Virus record (IMG/VR): IMGVR_UViG_3300042988_000771
Span: 14,016-78,015 of that record
Length of the DNA: 64,000 bases
Source: a virus
Direction: 5' to 3' (one strand)
Numbering within the stretch: position 1 is the first letter of the stretch; every line of letters begins with the position of its first letter. The translations under genes and the position numbers were made by a program. Below the pieces are notes generated by a model that did no database searches, had not been told where the DNA came from, and worked only from the letters and a program-made list of their open reading frames with translations. Shown here piece by piece: positions 52,122 to 61,927 of this stretch.

Positions 52122-55100
52122 TTAGCCCAATCGGTGAGCGTTGGCGCCCTTGCGGAGGTTCGTCTGCTTCGCCCTGGCCTGCAACTGGCGCGTCAGGTCG
52201 TTGATGTCCTGCGCCTCCACCTTGGCCACGTGGAAGTTGTTCTCGTGCACGACCGTGGTGGAGTAGCCGTTCTGCCCGCGGTACTGGACCGGCGTGCCGT
52301 GACCGGCCACCCGGTAGGCCTTGGCCATCTCCTTGGTGATGGACACCGCCAGCGTGGCCATGGCGTGGTGGGCCTGTGGGCCACTGAGCGGGAACACGAA
52401 CTCGTCCCCGTGCTCGGCGATGCCTGCCAGCGTCGGGCCGCCCACGTAGCCTCCAGCGGCCAGCCAGGGCACCTTCTCGGGGTTCACGCCCCACGGGTTG
52501 TCGTTGGGGTTGGACGGTCCACCGGACCACGGGACGTAGGACGTCGGGCTGGGCTTGCGGGACTGCTCCTCCTCCCAGTCGCGCTGGGCCTGAGGGTCGT
52601 CCCACTTGTTCGGGTAGCGCGGGAAGTCGCCCGGTCCCCGAACAGTCGGGTCCTGCTCGGGAGGAGCGTCCGAGTTGTCCCCGTAGGCCTGCCGCAGCGC
52701 CCTCAGCCGCGTGGCGATGAACTCGGTGTCAGCGATGACGGTGTCCCGCGTGTTCTGGGACGCGTTGTTCAGCGCGATCTTGGTGGCAGCGGTGAGGCGC
52801 TTGTAGACGTCCTTGGTCTCGCCCACGACATCCTTGCCGTACTTCTGCCAGTCCTCGGTCATCCGGTCGATGGTCTTCTGGTTCTGGGTGATCGTCCGAT
52901 CGCTCTGGATGATCATCTCCTCGGCCGACCGAGACATCTGGCGGTTCTGGTCCTGCCGCGACCACCGCGTGCTCTGCTGGCTGTTCACCGAGCGCGTGGC
53001 AAGCGTCTGGCGCTGACCCACCTCGCTGTTGATGCTGGCGATGTACTCCTCGCCACCGCGCACCAACTCGGCCACCTGGAAGGACTGGTTCGGGTTCGTC
53101 AGGTCCAGCATGTCGATGGCCTGCTGGCTCAGGCCCATCTTCTTGAGCTTGGCGAGGTTCTTGAACTGGTCCTTCATCCGCTCGTTCTGGTCCTTGAGGT
53201 TGGTCACGATGGACCCAGACGACATGGAGCCAGGGTTGACCACCCGCGCGAACGGGTCGTAGATGCTCTTGGCAGCGGTCTCCGCGCTCCGCTTCATGTT
53301 GCGGGCGAAGTCGTCCATGGAGTACTGCATCTGCCGCTGCCAGTCGTCCCACTGGTTCTTGGTCGACGTCTGGTAGTCCTCGTTCATCCGGTCGACGCCG
53401 AGGTTCATCGACTCGGTGGTCTGGGCGAAGGCGAGCGCCAACTGGTCGCGCTGGAGCAGAATCTCCTTGCGCCGCTTCTTCAGGCTCACCTCGTCTTCGT
53501 CCGTGCGGTAGTCACCCGTCTTCAACTGGGTGTCGATGTCCTTGAGCTCGTTGCCCAGCGCCCCGAGCGAGCCACCCATGCGCGTGGCCTGGATCTGCCC
53601 GAGCTCCTTGGCCGCCTGCCCTGCCGCCGCCGTCAGCTGGTAGAGCGGGCTCTCCACATTGGTGATGTTCCGCTTGAGCTTGTTGACCTCCTCGGCCGCT
53701 CCCGAGAAGGAGGTCCCGCCCTTGGTCAACTCGTCGACCATGGCGTTGACGGCCTTGGAGATGTCCTCAGGCGATCCCATCTTGTCGCCCACGGTGGCAG
53801 CCTTGATGGCCTCGTTCTCGCGCGCGAAGGTGCCCAGGCTCGTCCTGCGGATCATCCGCTCCGCGGGGGTGAGGACCTCGCCGTTGACCATCTGGCCGAG
53901 CTTGTTCTCCGCCTTGGACGTTGACGAGATCTCTGCATCGCCGATGAGGTTGGCAAGGATCTTGGCGCCCTCGCTGTCCGCCCCGCGAACGAGGTTGAGA
54001 AGGTCCTTGCCGCTGTTGATGTCCATGTAGTTGATCTGCGCCGCGCCCGAGATCGGGTTCTCTCCCACGCGCAGTTCCTTGCCGCCCAGCAGCTCCTTCT
54101 CGATGGTCTTCAGGAAGTTGTTCCTGACGAGCCTTCCTTCGTTGGAGTTGTCAGCGAAGATGGCGTCGCCAGCCTCCATCAGGCGAGTGGCGAGAGTCTG
54201 GCTCCCCACCTCCTTGCCGAAGTTCTTGGTGTTGTCGCTCCACTCGGAGTAGATGGAGCCGATGCCAGCGTTGACCTGGTTCTTGGCTCCCTCGTCCATG
54301 AACGGCGAGCCACCGGGGATCATGTTGAAGGCGCTGCCGACTACGGGAATCCGCCCGATGGTCGTAGCCGCCTTGTTGATCCACGTATCAGCCTGAGTCT
54401 CGGCGGCACCCTTCATCAGCACGCCCTGGATGTCGTTGCCACCCATGTTCTGCATGTTCCCGGTCTGCTGCATGACCTGGCGACGGACCATCTCGCCCAG
54501 TGCAGGACCGAACTTGCTGACGGCGTCCATGGCCAGCGAGCGAGCCTGCTCGCCACTGAGCTCGCCCATGGACTTGATATAGGCGATGGCCTGGTCTGGG
54601 CCACGCAGGTCATTGAAGACCTTGTCCACCGGCTCGCGCGTCTGGGCAGCGAGGACCTCCCCTGCTGTCAGGGTCATGCCCTGGAGCGCCGTGGTGACCT
54701 TGCGCGTCTGGCCCGCTGCCTCGGCGACAGCGGAGGCGAAGTCCTTGACGGGCTCCGTGGCGATGCCCAGCGCCTCATTGGTGTTGGTGATGTTCCGCGC
54801 GCGCGAGGCGTCGAAGGTTGAGTCGGTGGAGTCGCGGGCCGTCTTGATGCCATACCCCAGCGCCGCCACACCGGCAATGGCCGCACCGGCTCCGGCGCCC
54901 ATGCCGACCATGCTGCCGAGCATCCCGAAGATGGACTTGCCCGCTGTCGCTGCTCCCTGGGCTGCCAGGGCCATGCTCATCTTGCCGTAGGCCACACCGA
55001 TGCCCGCAGCAGAGCGAGCAGCCCCAGCCATGGCCTTGCCCAGTTCGCCCGTGGTGCGAACGTGCAGGGAGTTGGCCGCAGCGGCTGCCTTGGTTGCCCC

Positions 55101-57095
55101 GGCCATGTTGTTGGCGGACTTGGCCGCCTCCTTGGTCGCTATCGCCTGCTCGCGATGCGCGTCCATCGTGGACTTGTACTCAGCGTTCGCCTTGTCCAGC
55201 GTCTTCTGGTAGTCGCCTGACCTGTCCGTGCGCATGACGTTCTCGGCGCGTGCCTGCGCCTCGGCCTTGGCCAAGGCAGCGTTGTAGCCACCCGTGTTGG
55301 CGTTGACCGCCGCGGCTGCCTGCGTGGGCGCGACTCCCCCGCCCGCGCGAGAGGCCCGCTGCGCAGCGAGGAAGGCCATCGGGTTGGAGAAGGCCTGGCT
55401 GATGGAGCCGCGCATGGTCTGCGACTTCCTCCAGGCATCGTCCAGCGGCTTGCCGATGAAGGACTTGCGGTCCAGCGGGTCCTGCATCGCCGCATTGGCG
55501 ATGAGCTGCTGGGTGGGCATGGCGTACCAGTTGGTGTAGGCGTTGGCCGCCCCGATCCCCGCACGCAGCGCCATCTGCCCCAATGGGCTGGGACCGGTCA
55601 TCGTGGGGAGCATTCCGCCGAGACGCTGAGCGGCCAGGTAGGGCGCACGCTGGTAGATCGGCATGCCGCCACCACCGGGAGCCATGCGCTGGCCAGCCGA
55701 GGTCACCGGGGTGTAGACGGCGCCCATCTTGGCGGCGCCTGCGGCGTAGGAGCCCTCCTTGAAGCCCTGAAGGCCCGCGCGCAGGGGAGACAGCCGGAAC
55801 AGCGTCATCGCCATCATGACGCTGCTCAGCGGCCCCAGGGCGGTCATGAGCAGGCCTACGGAGGCAGCCACGGGAGCGAGCAGCCCGCCGATGGCGCCTG
55901 CCACGGTCAGCAGCGGCTGGGCCACCTTGTTGACGGTGTCCAGCACGCTGTTCATGACGCCCAGGAAGGCCTTGGACACCGGGAGGATGCCGTCGCCGAT
56001 GGCCGAGGCGATCTGCTCCATGTTGTTCTTGAGCTTGGTCGTCTGGGCATCAAGGGAGTCGAAGGCGGCAGCAGCGCCCTTGTCCGTGGAGCCGTTGCCA
56101 TAGGCGCTCATGGACTCCTGGATGGCCTTGCGCAGCCCACCTGACTCTGCCGCGACGGCCTGGATGGACTTGGCTGCGCGGATGCCGTCGATGCCCAGTC
56201 GATCGAGCACCTTGACCGAGTCGGGGCCAGCCTTGTTCACGGCCTCGAACAACTGGACGATCCGCTCGACGGGGTCCATGTTGTTGAACTGCTCCACCGT
56301 GGCGCCGATGGTCTCCGCGTACTTGCCGATGGAGGGCGACCCGCTCATGGTCGCGCGGGCGATCTCGGTGACCATGGTGTTGAAGGCGTTGGCCGCCGCG
56401 AACCCGTCTGCCCCGGCCTTGGTGAAGGCCGTGGAGATGCCCAGGACCTCCTTCTGGCCGATCCCCGCCGCCCGTGCCATGGGGGCGATGGACTGGGCGA
56501 ACTGGAGGACCGAGGTGGCGCTGACGCCTGCCGACGAGGAGACGGTGGTCAGCGAGTCGGCGAACTTGCCGATGCCCTCGGCCCCGTTGCCCAGGGTGCC
56601 CATCTGGCGGGACAGCTCGATCAGCCCGGACGTCAGGGAGCCGAGGTCCTCGCCCGTGGCCGCCGAGAGCTTGGTGAAGGTCCGGGCCATGCTCAGCGCC
56701 TGCTTCTCGCTGGTCACGCCGAGCTGGTTGATCTGGGTCGTCAGGGCGATGATGGCGTCGCCGCTGATGGGCATCGAGCGGGCTACCGCGTCGATGCCCT
56801 TCTTGAAGTTGCCGTAGGACTTGTTCGTCAGCTCCATCTGGGCGCGGATGGTCGTCAGCTGCTTCTCGTGCTTGGCGGCGATGGCGACGTAGGCCGTCAT
56901 GGCCGCGGCATCAGCAGCGGAGAAGATGAGCAGCTTCTTGCCCACCCGCTTGGTGATGCCGTCCATCGACGCGACGAGCTTGTTGATGGACTCGGTCAGG
57001 GCGTTCGTCTGACGTGTCGCCTGCTGCATCCCCTGCTGATAGGGGTCGACATTGGCCGTCAGGACGACATTGGCGTTCCTGGTCTCATCGGCCAC
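52122..57095 (-). CDS. Tape measure protein
   Basis: 1657 aa, Ala/Gly-rich, follows the chaperones; C-terminal A.GG.V.GPT.A..AE.G.E.V.P motif. Confidence 0.95.
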   Translation of the reverse strand: MADETRNANVVLTANVDPYQQGMQQATRQTNALTESINKLVASMDGITKRVGKKLLIFSAADAAAMTAYVAIAAKHEKQLTTIRAQMELTNKSYGNFKKGIDAVARSMPISGDAIIALTTQINQLGVTSEKQALSMARTFTKLSAATGEDLGSLTSGLIELSRQMGTLGNGAEGIGKFADSLTTVSSSAGVSATSVLQFAQSIAPMARAAGIGQKEVLGISTAFTKAGADGFAAANAFNTMVTEIARATMSGSPSIGKYAETIGATVEQFNNMDPVERIVQLFEAVNKAGPDSVKVLDRLGIDGIRAAKSIQAVAAESGGLRKAIQESMSAYGNGSTDKGAAAAFDSLDAQTTKLKNNMEQIASAIGDGILPVSKAFLGVMNSVLDTVNKVAQPLLTVAGAIGGLLAPVAASVGLLMTALGPLSSVMMAMTLFRLSPLRAGLQGFKEGSYAAGAAKMGAVYTPVTSAGQRMAPGGGGMPIYQRAPYLAAQRLGGMLPTMTGPSPLGQMALRAGIGAANAYTNWYAMPTQQLIANAAMQDPLDRKSFIGKPLDDAWRKSQTMRGSISQAFSNPMAFLAAQRASRAGGGVAPTQAAAAVNANTGGYNAALAKAEAQARAENVMRTDRSGDYQKTLDKANAEYKSTMDAHREQAIATKEAAKSANNMAGATKAAAAANSLHVRTTGELGKAMAGAARSAAGIGVAYGKMSMALAAQGAATAGKSIFGMLGSMVGMGAGAGAAIAGVAALGYGIKTARDSTDSTFDASRARNITNTNEALGIATEPVKDFASAVAEAAGQTRKVTTALQGMTLTAGEVLAAQTREPVDKVFNDLRGPDQAIAYIKSMGELSGEQARSLAMDAVSKFGPALGEMVRRQVMQQTGNMQNMGGNDIQGVLMKGAAETQADTWINKAATTIGRIPVVGSAFNMIPGGSPFMDEGAKNQVNAGIGSIYSEWSDNTKNFGKEVGSQTLATRLMEAGDAIFADNSNEGRLVRNNFLKTIEKELLGGKELRVGENPISGAAQINYMDINSGKDLLNLVRGADSEGAKILANLIGDAEISSTSKAENKLGQMVNGEVLTPAERMIRRTSLGTFARENEAIKAATVGDKMGSPEDISKAVNAMVDELTKGGTSFSGAAEEVNKLKRNITNVESPLYQLTAAAGQAAKELGQIQATRMGGSLGALGNELKDIDTQLKTGDYRTDEDEVSLKKRRKEILLQRDQLALAFAQTTESMNLGVDRMNEDYQTSTKNQWDDWQRQMQYSMDDFARNMKRSAETAAKSIYDPFARVVNPGSMSSGSIVTNLKDQNERMKDQFKNLAKLKKMGLSQQAIDMLDLTNPNQSFQVAELVRGGEEYIASINSEVGQRQTLATRSVNSQQSTRWSRQDQNRQMSRSAEEMIIQSDRTITQNQKTIDRMTEDWQKYGKDVVGETKDVYKRLTAATKIALNNASQNTRDTVIADTEFIATRLRALRQAYGDNSDAPPEQDPTVRGPGDFPRYPNKWDDPQAQRDWEEEQSRKPSPTSYVPWSGGPSNPNDNPWGVNPEKVPWLAAGGYVGGPTLAGIAEHGDEFVFPLSGPQAHHAMATLAVSITKEMAKAYRVAGHGTPVQYRGQNGYSTTVVHENNFHVAKVEAQDINDLTRQLQARAKQTNLRKGANAHRLG

Positions 57096-57453
57096 GGTAC
57101 GCCTCGGCCTTCAGCCGCTGGAGGCGCTTGGCTGCCTTCTGGCCCCTGGAGGGCTCCATGATGATGGACGTGCCGGGCATCTGCCCGCCGCCCTCGTCGG
57201 CCATGTGCTTCAGGTAGCAGCCCATGCAGAACTTCTCCACTGGCTCATAGGCGCGCCTGTCGGCGTCCCATTCCCATTCTGCCGTACCGCACATGTCACA
57301 CCGGAGCGCCTTTTCCATGAGGAAGGCCAGGGCCTTGGCCCGATCCTCAGGGCTCCATTCGAGGAACTCCGAATGCGGGATGCCGTGCTCGTTGCAGAAC
57401 GACATCTCCATGTAGAGGGCGGAGTCGTACCTCAGGCGCTCGCGCTGAAAGGG
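57085..57453 (-). CDS. Tail assembly chaperone, -1 frameshift extension
   Basis: Open -1 frame from slippery site C CCT TTC (57447-57453); C..CGT...EW...C.GC. Confidence 0.75.
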   Translation of the reverse strand, partial: PFQRERLRYDSALYMEMSFCNEHGIPHSEFLEWSPEDRAKALAFLMEKALRCDMCGTAEWEWDADRRAYEPVEKFCMGCYLKHMADEGGGQMPGTSIIMEPSRGQKAAKRLQRLKAEAYRGR

Positions 57454-57878
57454 ATGTTGAACCCGCTGGTGCACAGGTTGACGGCGGCCGCGTACAGGTC
57501 GCCGATCTCCCCGCGACTCCAGGTGTCCGACTCCCAGATCTCCGTCCACTCCTCGGACGACAGCACGGGCTCCACGCACACCCGCGCCATCAGCGCAGGC
57601 GGGAAGGTGTCCGTGTTGAACGGATTGCCATCGGCACGCTGGGCGTTGGTGGGCGGGTGCTTGGAGACCAGCAGGTCCCACTCCTTGGCACCGATGGAGC
57701 GGAACAGGAAGGACATCTCGTCGTCCCCAAGACGTACGACGACTTCCTTCTCCTGCGGTGCCTTGGAGCGCAACTGCGCGAACGTGGCGCGGTTGGACTT
57801 CGGCTTGGCACGACGAGTGGCCCGGTTGGGCTTGTACTCCTCGGTCGTAACTTCGGTGGTCTCGTCCTGAGTGGGCAT
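57432..57878 (-). CDS. Tail assembly chaperone
   Basis: Between major tail and TMP; HPP...FN.DTF.PAL. Confidence 0.85.
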   Translation of the reverse strand: MPTQDETTEVTTEEYKPNRATRRAKPKSNRATFAQLRSKAPQEKEVVVRLGDDEMSFLFRSIGAKEWDLLVSKHPPTNAQRADGNPFNTDTFPPALMARVCVEPVLSSEEWTEIWESDTWSRGEIGDLYAAAVNLCTSGFNIPFSASA

Positions 57879-57894
57879 TCAGGAACTCCTTTGG

Positions 57895-58383
57895 CTAGGC
57901 GAGGACGGTCGCGGCCTCGTTCGGAACGATGTTGACCGCGCAGGTGATGGTGAAGGTCTGGACGGCGTTGTTCTGCATCGCGGCGGCGGTGCGGGAGACA
58001 ACCTCGATCGGCCACACCTCGACGACGTCACCGGCGATGGGGAGCTGATCGGTGCCCGATCCGCCGAAGCGGGAGATGACGACGAAGCCCTTGGTGCCGC
58101 GCGGGAAGGTGTCCCAGGCGGTGTCCGCGGAGTCGTCGCGGTAGAAGTCGGCCGTGAAGGTGGCCTGGCTCGTACCGACGATGCTCGTCTCGAAGAGCGA
58201 GTCAAGGCTCGGCGTGGGGACCTGGTTGCCCTGTGCCGAGGCGTTGATGCTCATGAGGAAGCCGGTCAGGTCGACACCGCCACTGACCTCGGCCGCAGTG
58301 GGCGCGAGGGTCGCAGACGCGATGCCCGGAGTGGTGTCGATGAAGCAGACGTAGGTCTGCTCATTGGGGATTACGCGGCCCAT
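57895..58383 (-). CDS. Major tail protein
   Basis: APT.AE...G.DLT, YRD...D.AW, GD.VEVWP. Confidence 0.88.
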   Translation of the reverse strand: MGRVIPNEQTYVCFIDTTPGIASATLAPTAAEVSGGVDLTGFLMSINASAQGNQVPTPSLDSLFETSIVGTSQATFTADFYRDDSADTAWDTFPRGTKGFVVISRFGGSGTDQLPIAGDVVEVWPIEVVSRTAAAMQNNAVQTFTITCAVNIVPNEAATVLA

Positions 58384-58419
58384 GGCGGGTCCTCCATTGT
58401 CTTGGGAGCTGCTGATTCG

Positions 58420-58438
58420 ATCATTCCACCCTCGTCAA
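58420..58438 (-). promoter_or_regulatory. Putative late promoter TTGAC-GAGGG-TG-G-AATGAT upstream of major tail
   Basis: Repeated motif with conserved spacing. Confidence 0.5.
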
Positions 58439-58885
58439 TCAGGCCGGTGTCAGCCAGAGGGTCATCACATCGACCTGGCCCCAGTACGCGGGCTCGGTCT
58501 GGTCAACACGCTGGAGGCCGCCGATGACGTCCGTCCGAACCTGCTGAATCTTGTAGGTGCCATCCCCGAGGACGACCGTGGTCTTCTTCAGGGCCTCGAC
58601 GGCGGCGCGGAGCTTGTCCGCCACCCACTCGGTCTGCTCGGGCATCACGCCGAAGGCGGAGACCGAGTAGGGCAACTGGCGATCGGCCTGGGGGTCGGAC
58701 AGCGATCCCGTCGCCTGTGTCGCGGTGTTCGGCGTCACGACCCCGTAGGGGACGAAGTCCGAGGTGGTCAGGTTGGGCTGCCCGTTCCACCCACCGCCAT
58801 CCGGGGCGTGTGCCAGGCCCACGGGGATGCCCGTGGTCTCCGCGGCCGTCACGATGGCTGCGCTCAGGAGCCTGCGCTCGATCAT
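58439..58885 (-). CDS. Tail terminator protein
   Basis: Position; PY.V, G....Q...VAD..R. Confidence 0.75.
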   Translation of the reverse strand: MIERRLLSAAIVTAAETTGIPVGLAHAPDGGGWNGQPNLTTSDFVPYGVVTPNTATQATGSLSDPQADRQLPYSVSAFGVMPEQTEWVADKLRAAVEALKKTTVVLGDGTYKIQQVRTDVIGGLQRVDQTEPAYWGQVDVMTLWLTPA

Positions 58886-59367
58886 CCGTTTGGTCCCTTC
58901 GCGATGAGGGCGGCGCCCGCGTCAGCCAGCGAGGCCGCCAACTGGTCGCCCATAGCCTGCCGGAAGGCCGGGCGCATGAAGGGGTGGGGACGGACGCCGG
59001 GATGGGTGACCGACCTGGCGTAGATGGTCCGGTTGCCGATCTTGAACACCAGGACGCCACCAGGGCGCTTGGGGAGGATCTTGTAGGGAGTGCCGGGGAA
59101 CTCTCCCCGCGAGCCCGTGCCGTACTCCTGATAGACCGCGTAGGGCACATGCGGCCCGATGACGGCCGTCAGCGGATCGGGGTAGCCGATGCTGATGGAC
59201 TCGCGCAGCGCCCCGCTCTTGACCGGGGCCATGGACTGGGCAGCGGCCTGAACCCGCTGAGCCGACTGCTGGAGGATCTGCTGGGCACTGGCCATGATCC
59301 CCTGGCCGCTGGCGGACTCCAGGTCGTTGGCCAGCGACACGAGGTCGGCGGTGACGGCGTTAGCCAC
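58882..59367 (-). CDS. HK97 gp10-like tail completion protein
   Basis: APV.SG.LR.SI, YA.Y.EYGT, HPG..P.PFMRPA. Confidence 0.88.
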   Translation of the reverse strand: MANAVTADLVSLANDLESASGQGIMASAQQILQQSAQRVQAAAQSMAPVKSGALRESISIGYPDPLTAVIGPHVPYAVYQEYGTGSRGEFPGTPYKILPKRPGGVLVFKIGNRTIYARSVTHPGVRPHPFMRPAFRQAMGDQLAASLADAGAALIAKGPNG

Positions 59368-59785
59368 TGAAGTGCGCGTTCTCGACGATGCCGGTGATGT
59401 GCATCCGGCGCGTGGCCCGCATGTGCCCGCCGCCGTCGACCGACATCACGCGGAAGGTGCGCCCTGGGAGGTCGGGATCGTCGTTCATGACGAGGACCTC
59501 GATGATGTCGTCGTTGTGCGGGACGGGCTCGTGATCCCACGGGATGGAGCAGTAGGTCGCCCGCAGGGGGAAGGTGGCCTCGCCCACGCTCAGCGTGCCT
59601 GCCTGGTCCAGCTCCCAGATGCGCGCGACGCCCTCGTAGACCAGCGTGGCGGTCGGGGTGTAGGTGCCGGTCGTGTCATCGAAGATCGGCTCCCCCGCGC
59701 GAGTGATCTGGATGACGCAGTCGAACTGGGCCTCGGCGGCTCGGCGCACGTAGGCCTTGGAGCGGTGCGAGACGGTGCGCGGCAT
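59360..59785 (-). CDS. Head-to-tail stopper
   Basis: I.R.....D..TG.Y.....VYEG.AR, DPDL.GR.F.V. Confidence 0.75.
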   Translation of the reverse strand: MPRTVSHRSKAYVRRAAEAQFDCVIQITRAGEPIFDDTTGTYTPTATLVYEGVARIWELDQAGTLSVGEATFPLRATYCSIPWDHEPVPHNDDIIEVLVMNDDPDLPGRTFRVMSVDGGGHMRATRRMHITGIVENAHFSG

Positions 59786-60267
59786 CAGCCCGGTACTCCG
59801 CTCTCCCCGCCGAGCTCGTAGTTCTGGGACGCACTGGTGCCCGTCTCCTGGTTGCCTGCGCGGGCGTTGTCGTGCATCCCCACGGACCACAGCGTCGGCT
59901 TGATGGTCGGGTCGTGAGCCTCCGCGTAGAGGATGCCGCCCACGACGGGACCCGATCCGATGTCGTACTGCTTGTACTGGTCGCGCAGGGACAGCGCGAG
60001 GTTGTTGTACTTGTCCTGGAGGTCCTGGACGCCCACGCTCACGCCATCGGCGGAGTAGGCGACCTCACGAGTGAACTTGGCCGCGATGGCCTCCGCGACC
60101 ATGGAGGCGACCATGAGGTTGTTCCCGTAGACCGGGGTCCACTGGGCGATGAGGAACTCGATCTCCTCGTCGGTGATCAGCTGGTCGGCAGTGTCCGTGT
60201 CCTGGACGTAGAAGCGGATCGCGTCCAGGTCCGACTCAGACGGATCACCGGAGTAGGTCCAGGTCAT
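59785..60267 (-). CDS. Head-to-tail adaptor
   Basis: WTYSGDP....D..RF...DT.....L.DEEI. Confidence 0.85.
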   Translation of the reverse strand: MTWTYSGDPSESDLDAIRFYVQDTDTADQLITDEEIEFLIAQWTPVYGNNLMVASMVAEAIAAKFTREVAYSADGVSVGVQDLQDKYNNLALSLRDQYKQYDIGSGPVVGGILYAEAHDPTIKPTLWSVGMHDNARAGNQETGTSASQNYELGGESGVPG

Positions 60268-60269
60268 GG

Positions 60270-60515
60270 TCAGGCCTCAGCAGCTTCCTCATCAGCCTCT
60301 TCGATGACTTCGACGACCTTGGCCGACTTCTTGGCAGATGCCTTCTTGGCCACCGGCTTGACCTCCTCGGGCTCCGCGTCGGGAACCTCGATGATCATGC
60401 CTGAGCGGATGAAGCCCTCGGCGCGGAAGAAGTCCTGGGGGAACCCGTGGACGACCTCGCCGGGACGGTAGTGGACGCCCTTGAACACAAACGGCTTGCG
60501 GGCAACGAATGCCAT
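60270..60515 (-). CDS. Small hypothetical head-region protein
   Basis: RKPF.F.G..Y.PGE. Confidence 0.65.
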   Translation of the reverse strand: MAFVARKPFVFKGVHYRPGEVVHGFPQDFFRAEGFIRSGMIIEVPDAEPEEVKPVAKKASAKKSAKVVEVIEEADEEAAEA

Positions 60516-60532
60516 GCTCTTCTCCTAGGTCC

Positions 60533-60841
60533 TTATGCGGGAAGTCTGCCTGAGCCCTTGAGTCCCGGCACCTTCCCAGCCGTTCCGCCACGCCCAACGG
60601 CGTATTCGCTGAGGCTGTAGTTGGCGGCGGTCTTGTTGCCACTGCCAATGTCCTGCTTGCCGCCAGGGTTGGGCTTGCCAGCCTTGTGCCCCAACTGACG
60701 GGCATAGGCGCGGTTGTGGAGGAAGTACTCCCTACCGGGAGCCATCGGCCCTGTCGGTCGCCTGAGGCCGAGACGCATGATCTCTGCCTTGGCGTTCTTG
60801 GAGACCACGTCCCCGTGGTCAACTCCGAATGCTGAGTACAT
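60533..60841 (-). CDS. Basic AFGV-motif protein directly downstream of the capsid gene
   Basis: MYSAFGVDHGDVVSKN...; RBS GGAGGGAG. Confidence 0.7.
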   Translation of the reverse strand: MYSAFGVDHGDVVSKNAKAEIMRLGLRRPTGPMAPGREYFLHNRAYARQLGHKAGKPNPGGKQDIGSGNKTAANYSLSEYAVGRGGTAGKVPGLKGSGRLPA

Positions 60842-60861
60842 CCCGCTCCCTCCGAAGGAGA

Positions 60862-60895
60862 AGGGGCTGGCAGGCAACCCTGCCCACCAGCCCCT
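60862..60895 (-). terminator. Hairpin after the major capsid gene
   Basis: AGGGGCTGG...CCAGCCCCT followed by a pyrimidine tract. Confidence 0.6.
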
Positions 60896-60910
60896 CACCC
60901 GTGCGTTCGA

Positions 60911-61912
60911 TCAGGCGACGACCGTGTTGAAGAAGATACCCATGTCCGAGGACACGACCTTCATGTCGTAGGTCATCTCGCACTCCAGCCGATCGGAGGC
61001 GATGTGCTCCATCCGGAACTGCTTCATCCGGATGCCCTCGCTGTTGCCACCGTGGTAGCCGTTCCACACGAAGGTGTACCCGGCTGACGGGGTGAGCAGC
61101 GACGGGCTGGCAGGGGCGTAGCTCATCATCATGGACTTGGTGTCCGCGAGGAAGGAGTACGTCGCTGCGGCGTCCTGGAGCCGCGCATCGTTGATCCGGA
61201 TGTCGTTGTCGACCTGGGAGGCCAGCGGGACGAGGATCTCGGGGATGTTGAACAGGCTCGCGAGCAGGTCGCGAGTGACAACACCGCGCTGGGTGTACTT
61301 GATGCGGTCGATGATGTCCGGGTGCGACATGAGCGCGAGCTCAACTTCCGCGCCCATGATCAGCTTGGTGGGCAGGTAGCCCGTCAGGAGCTTGTAGTCC
61401 AGCTTCCACTGGGCCACGTCCTTGATCGGGTCCGAGGCCGCATCGTTCCACTGGAGGAACTCCCCAGCACCGACGCCGGACGCCACGCCCGTGTACTCGG
61501 TGGCCCAGACACCCGTCTTGAAGTAGGTGCTGACCCAGTCGAGCTCACGCTTGAGGAGCATCTGGTTGGTCAGGAACTTGGTGGAGTCCGAGTCCAGCGA
61601 GAAGTTGGAGTCGGCGTTCGCACGCACCTGGTCGTCGATGTCGCGGTGGACCGCGTACACGTGGGCGAAGTACGTATCGGTGTCGTAGTTCCAACCGACA
61701 CCGGCAGACTCGGTGCCCGGCGCACGCTTGACGACGTCGGTACGGCGCCAATCGGACTTGCTCCACTTCCAGAACAGATCGCTCTGCTTCTGGACGGGAA
61801 CCTTCGGGAACACCTTCTGGCAGACATAGTCGCCTGCGTCAGGGATGTACGCGATGCTGACGTTGGTCAACGGGACGTTGACGTGAAGGTCAGACTGGGT
61901 CGGGTTCGGCAT
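60911..61912 (-). CDS. Major capsid protein
   Basis: 333 aa; LTN.SIAY, FP.VPV, W....SDPI.D, P.I..RIKY, PSAGYTF, G.FF..VVA. Confidence 0.93.
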   Translation of the reverse strand: MPNPTQSDLHVNVPLTNVSIAYIPDAGDYVCQKVFPKVPVQKQSDLFWKWSKSDWRRTDVVKRAPGTESAGVGWNYDTDTYFAHVYAVHRDIDDQVRANADSNFSLDSDSTKFLTNQMLLKRELDWVSTYFKTGVWATEYTGVASGVGAGEFLQWNDAASDPIKDVAQWKLDYKLLTGYLPTKLIMGAEVELALMSHPDIIDRIKYTQRGVVTRDLLASLFNIPEILVPLASQVDNDIRINDARLQDAAATYSFLADTKSMMMSYAPASPSLLTPSAGYTFVWNGYHGGNSEGIRMKQFRMEHIASDRLECEMTYDMKVVSSDMGIFFNTVVA

Positions 61913-61927
61913 TTGTCTCTACTCCCT

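Noticed and set aside
52017-53924. Long plus-strand ORFs (also 20185-22083, 26888-28672, 61322-62548) and minus-strand 42125-43714
   Set aside because: Antisense shadows of TMP, fibre, dnaE, capsid and AAA genes; no motifs or RBS
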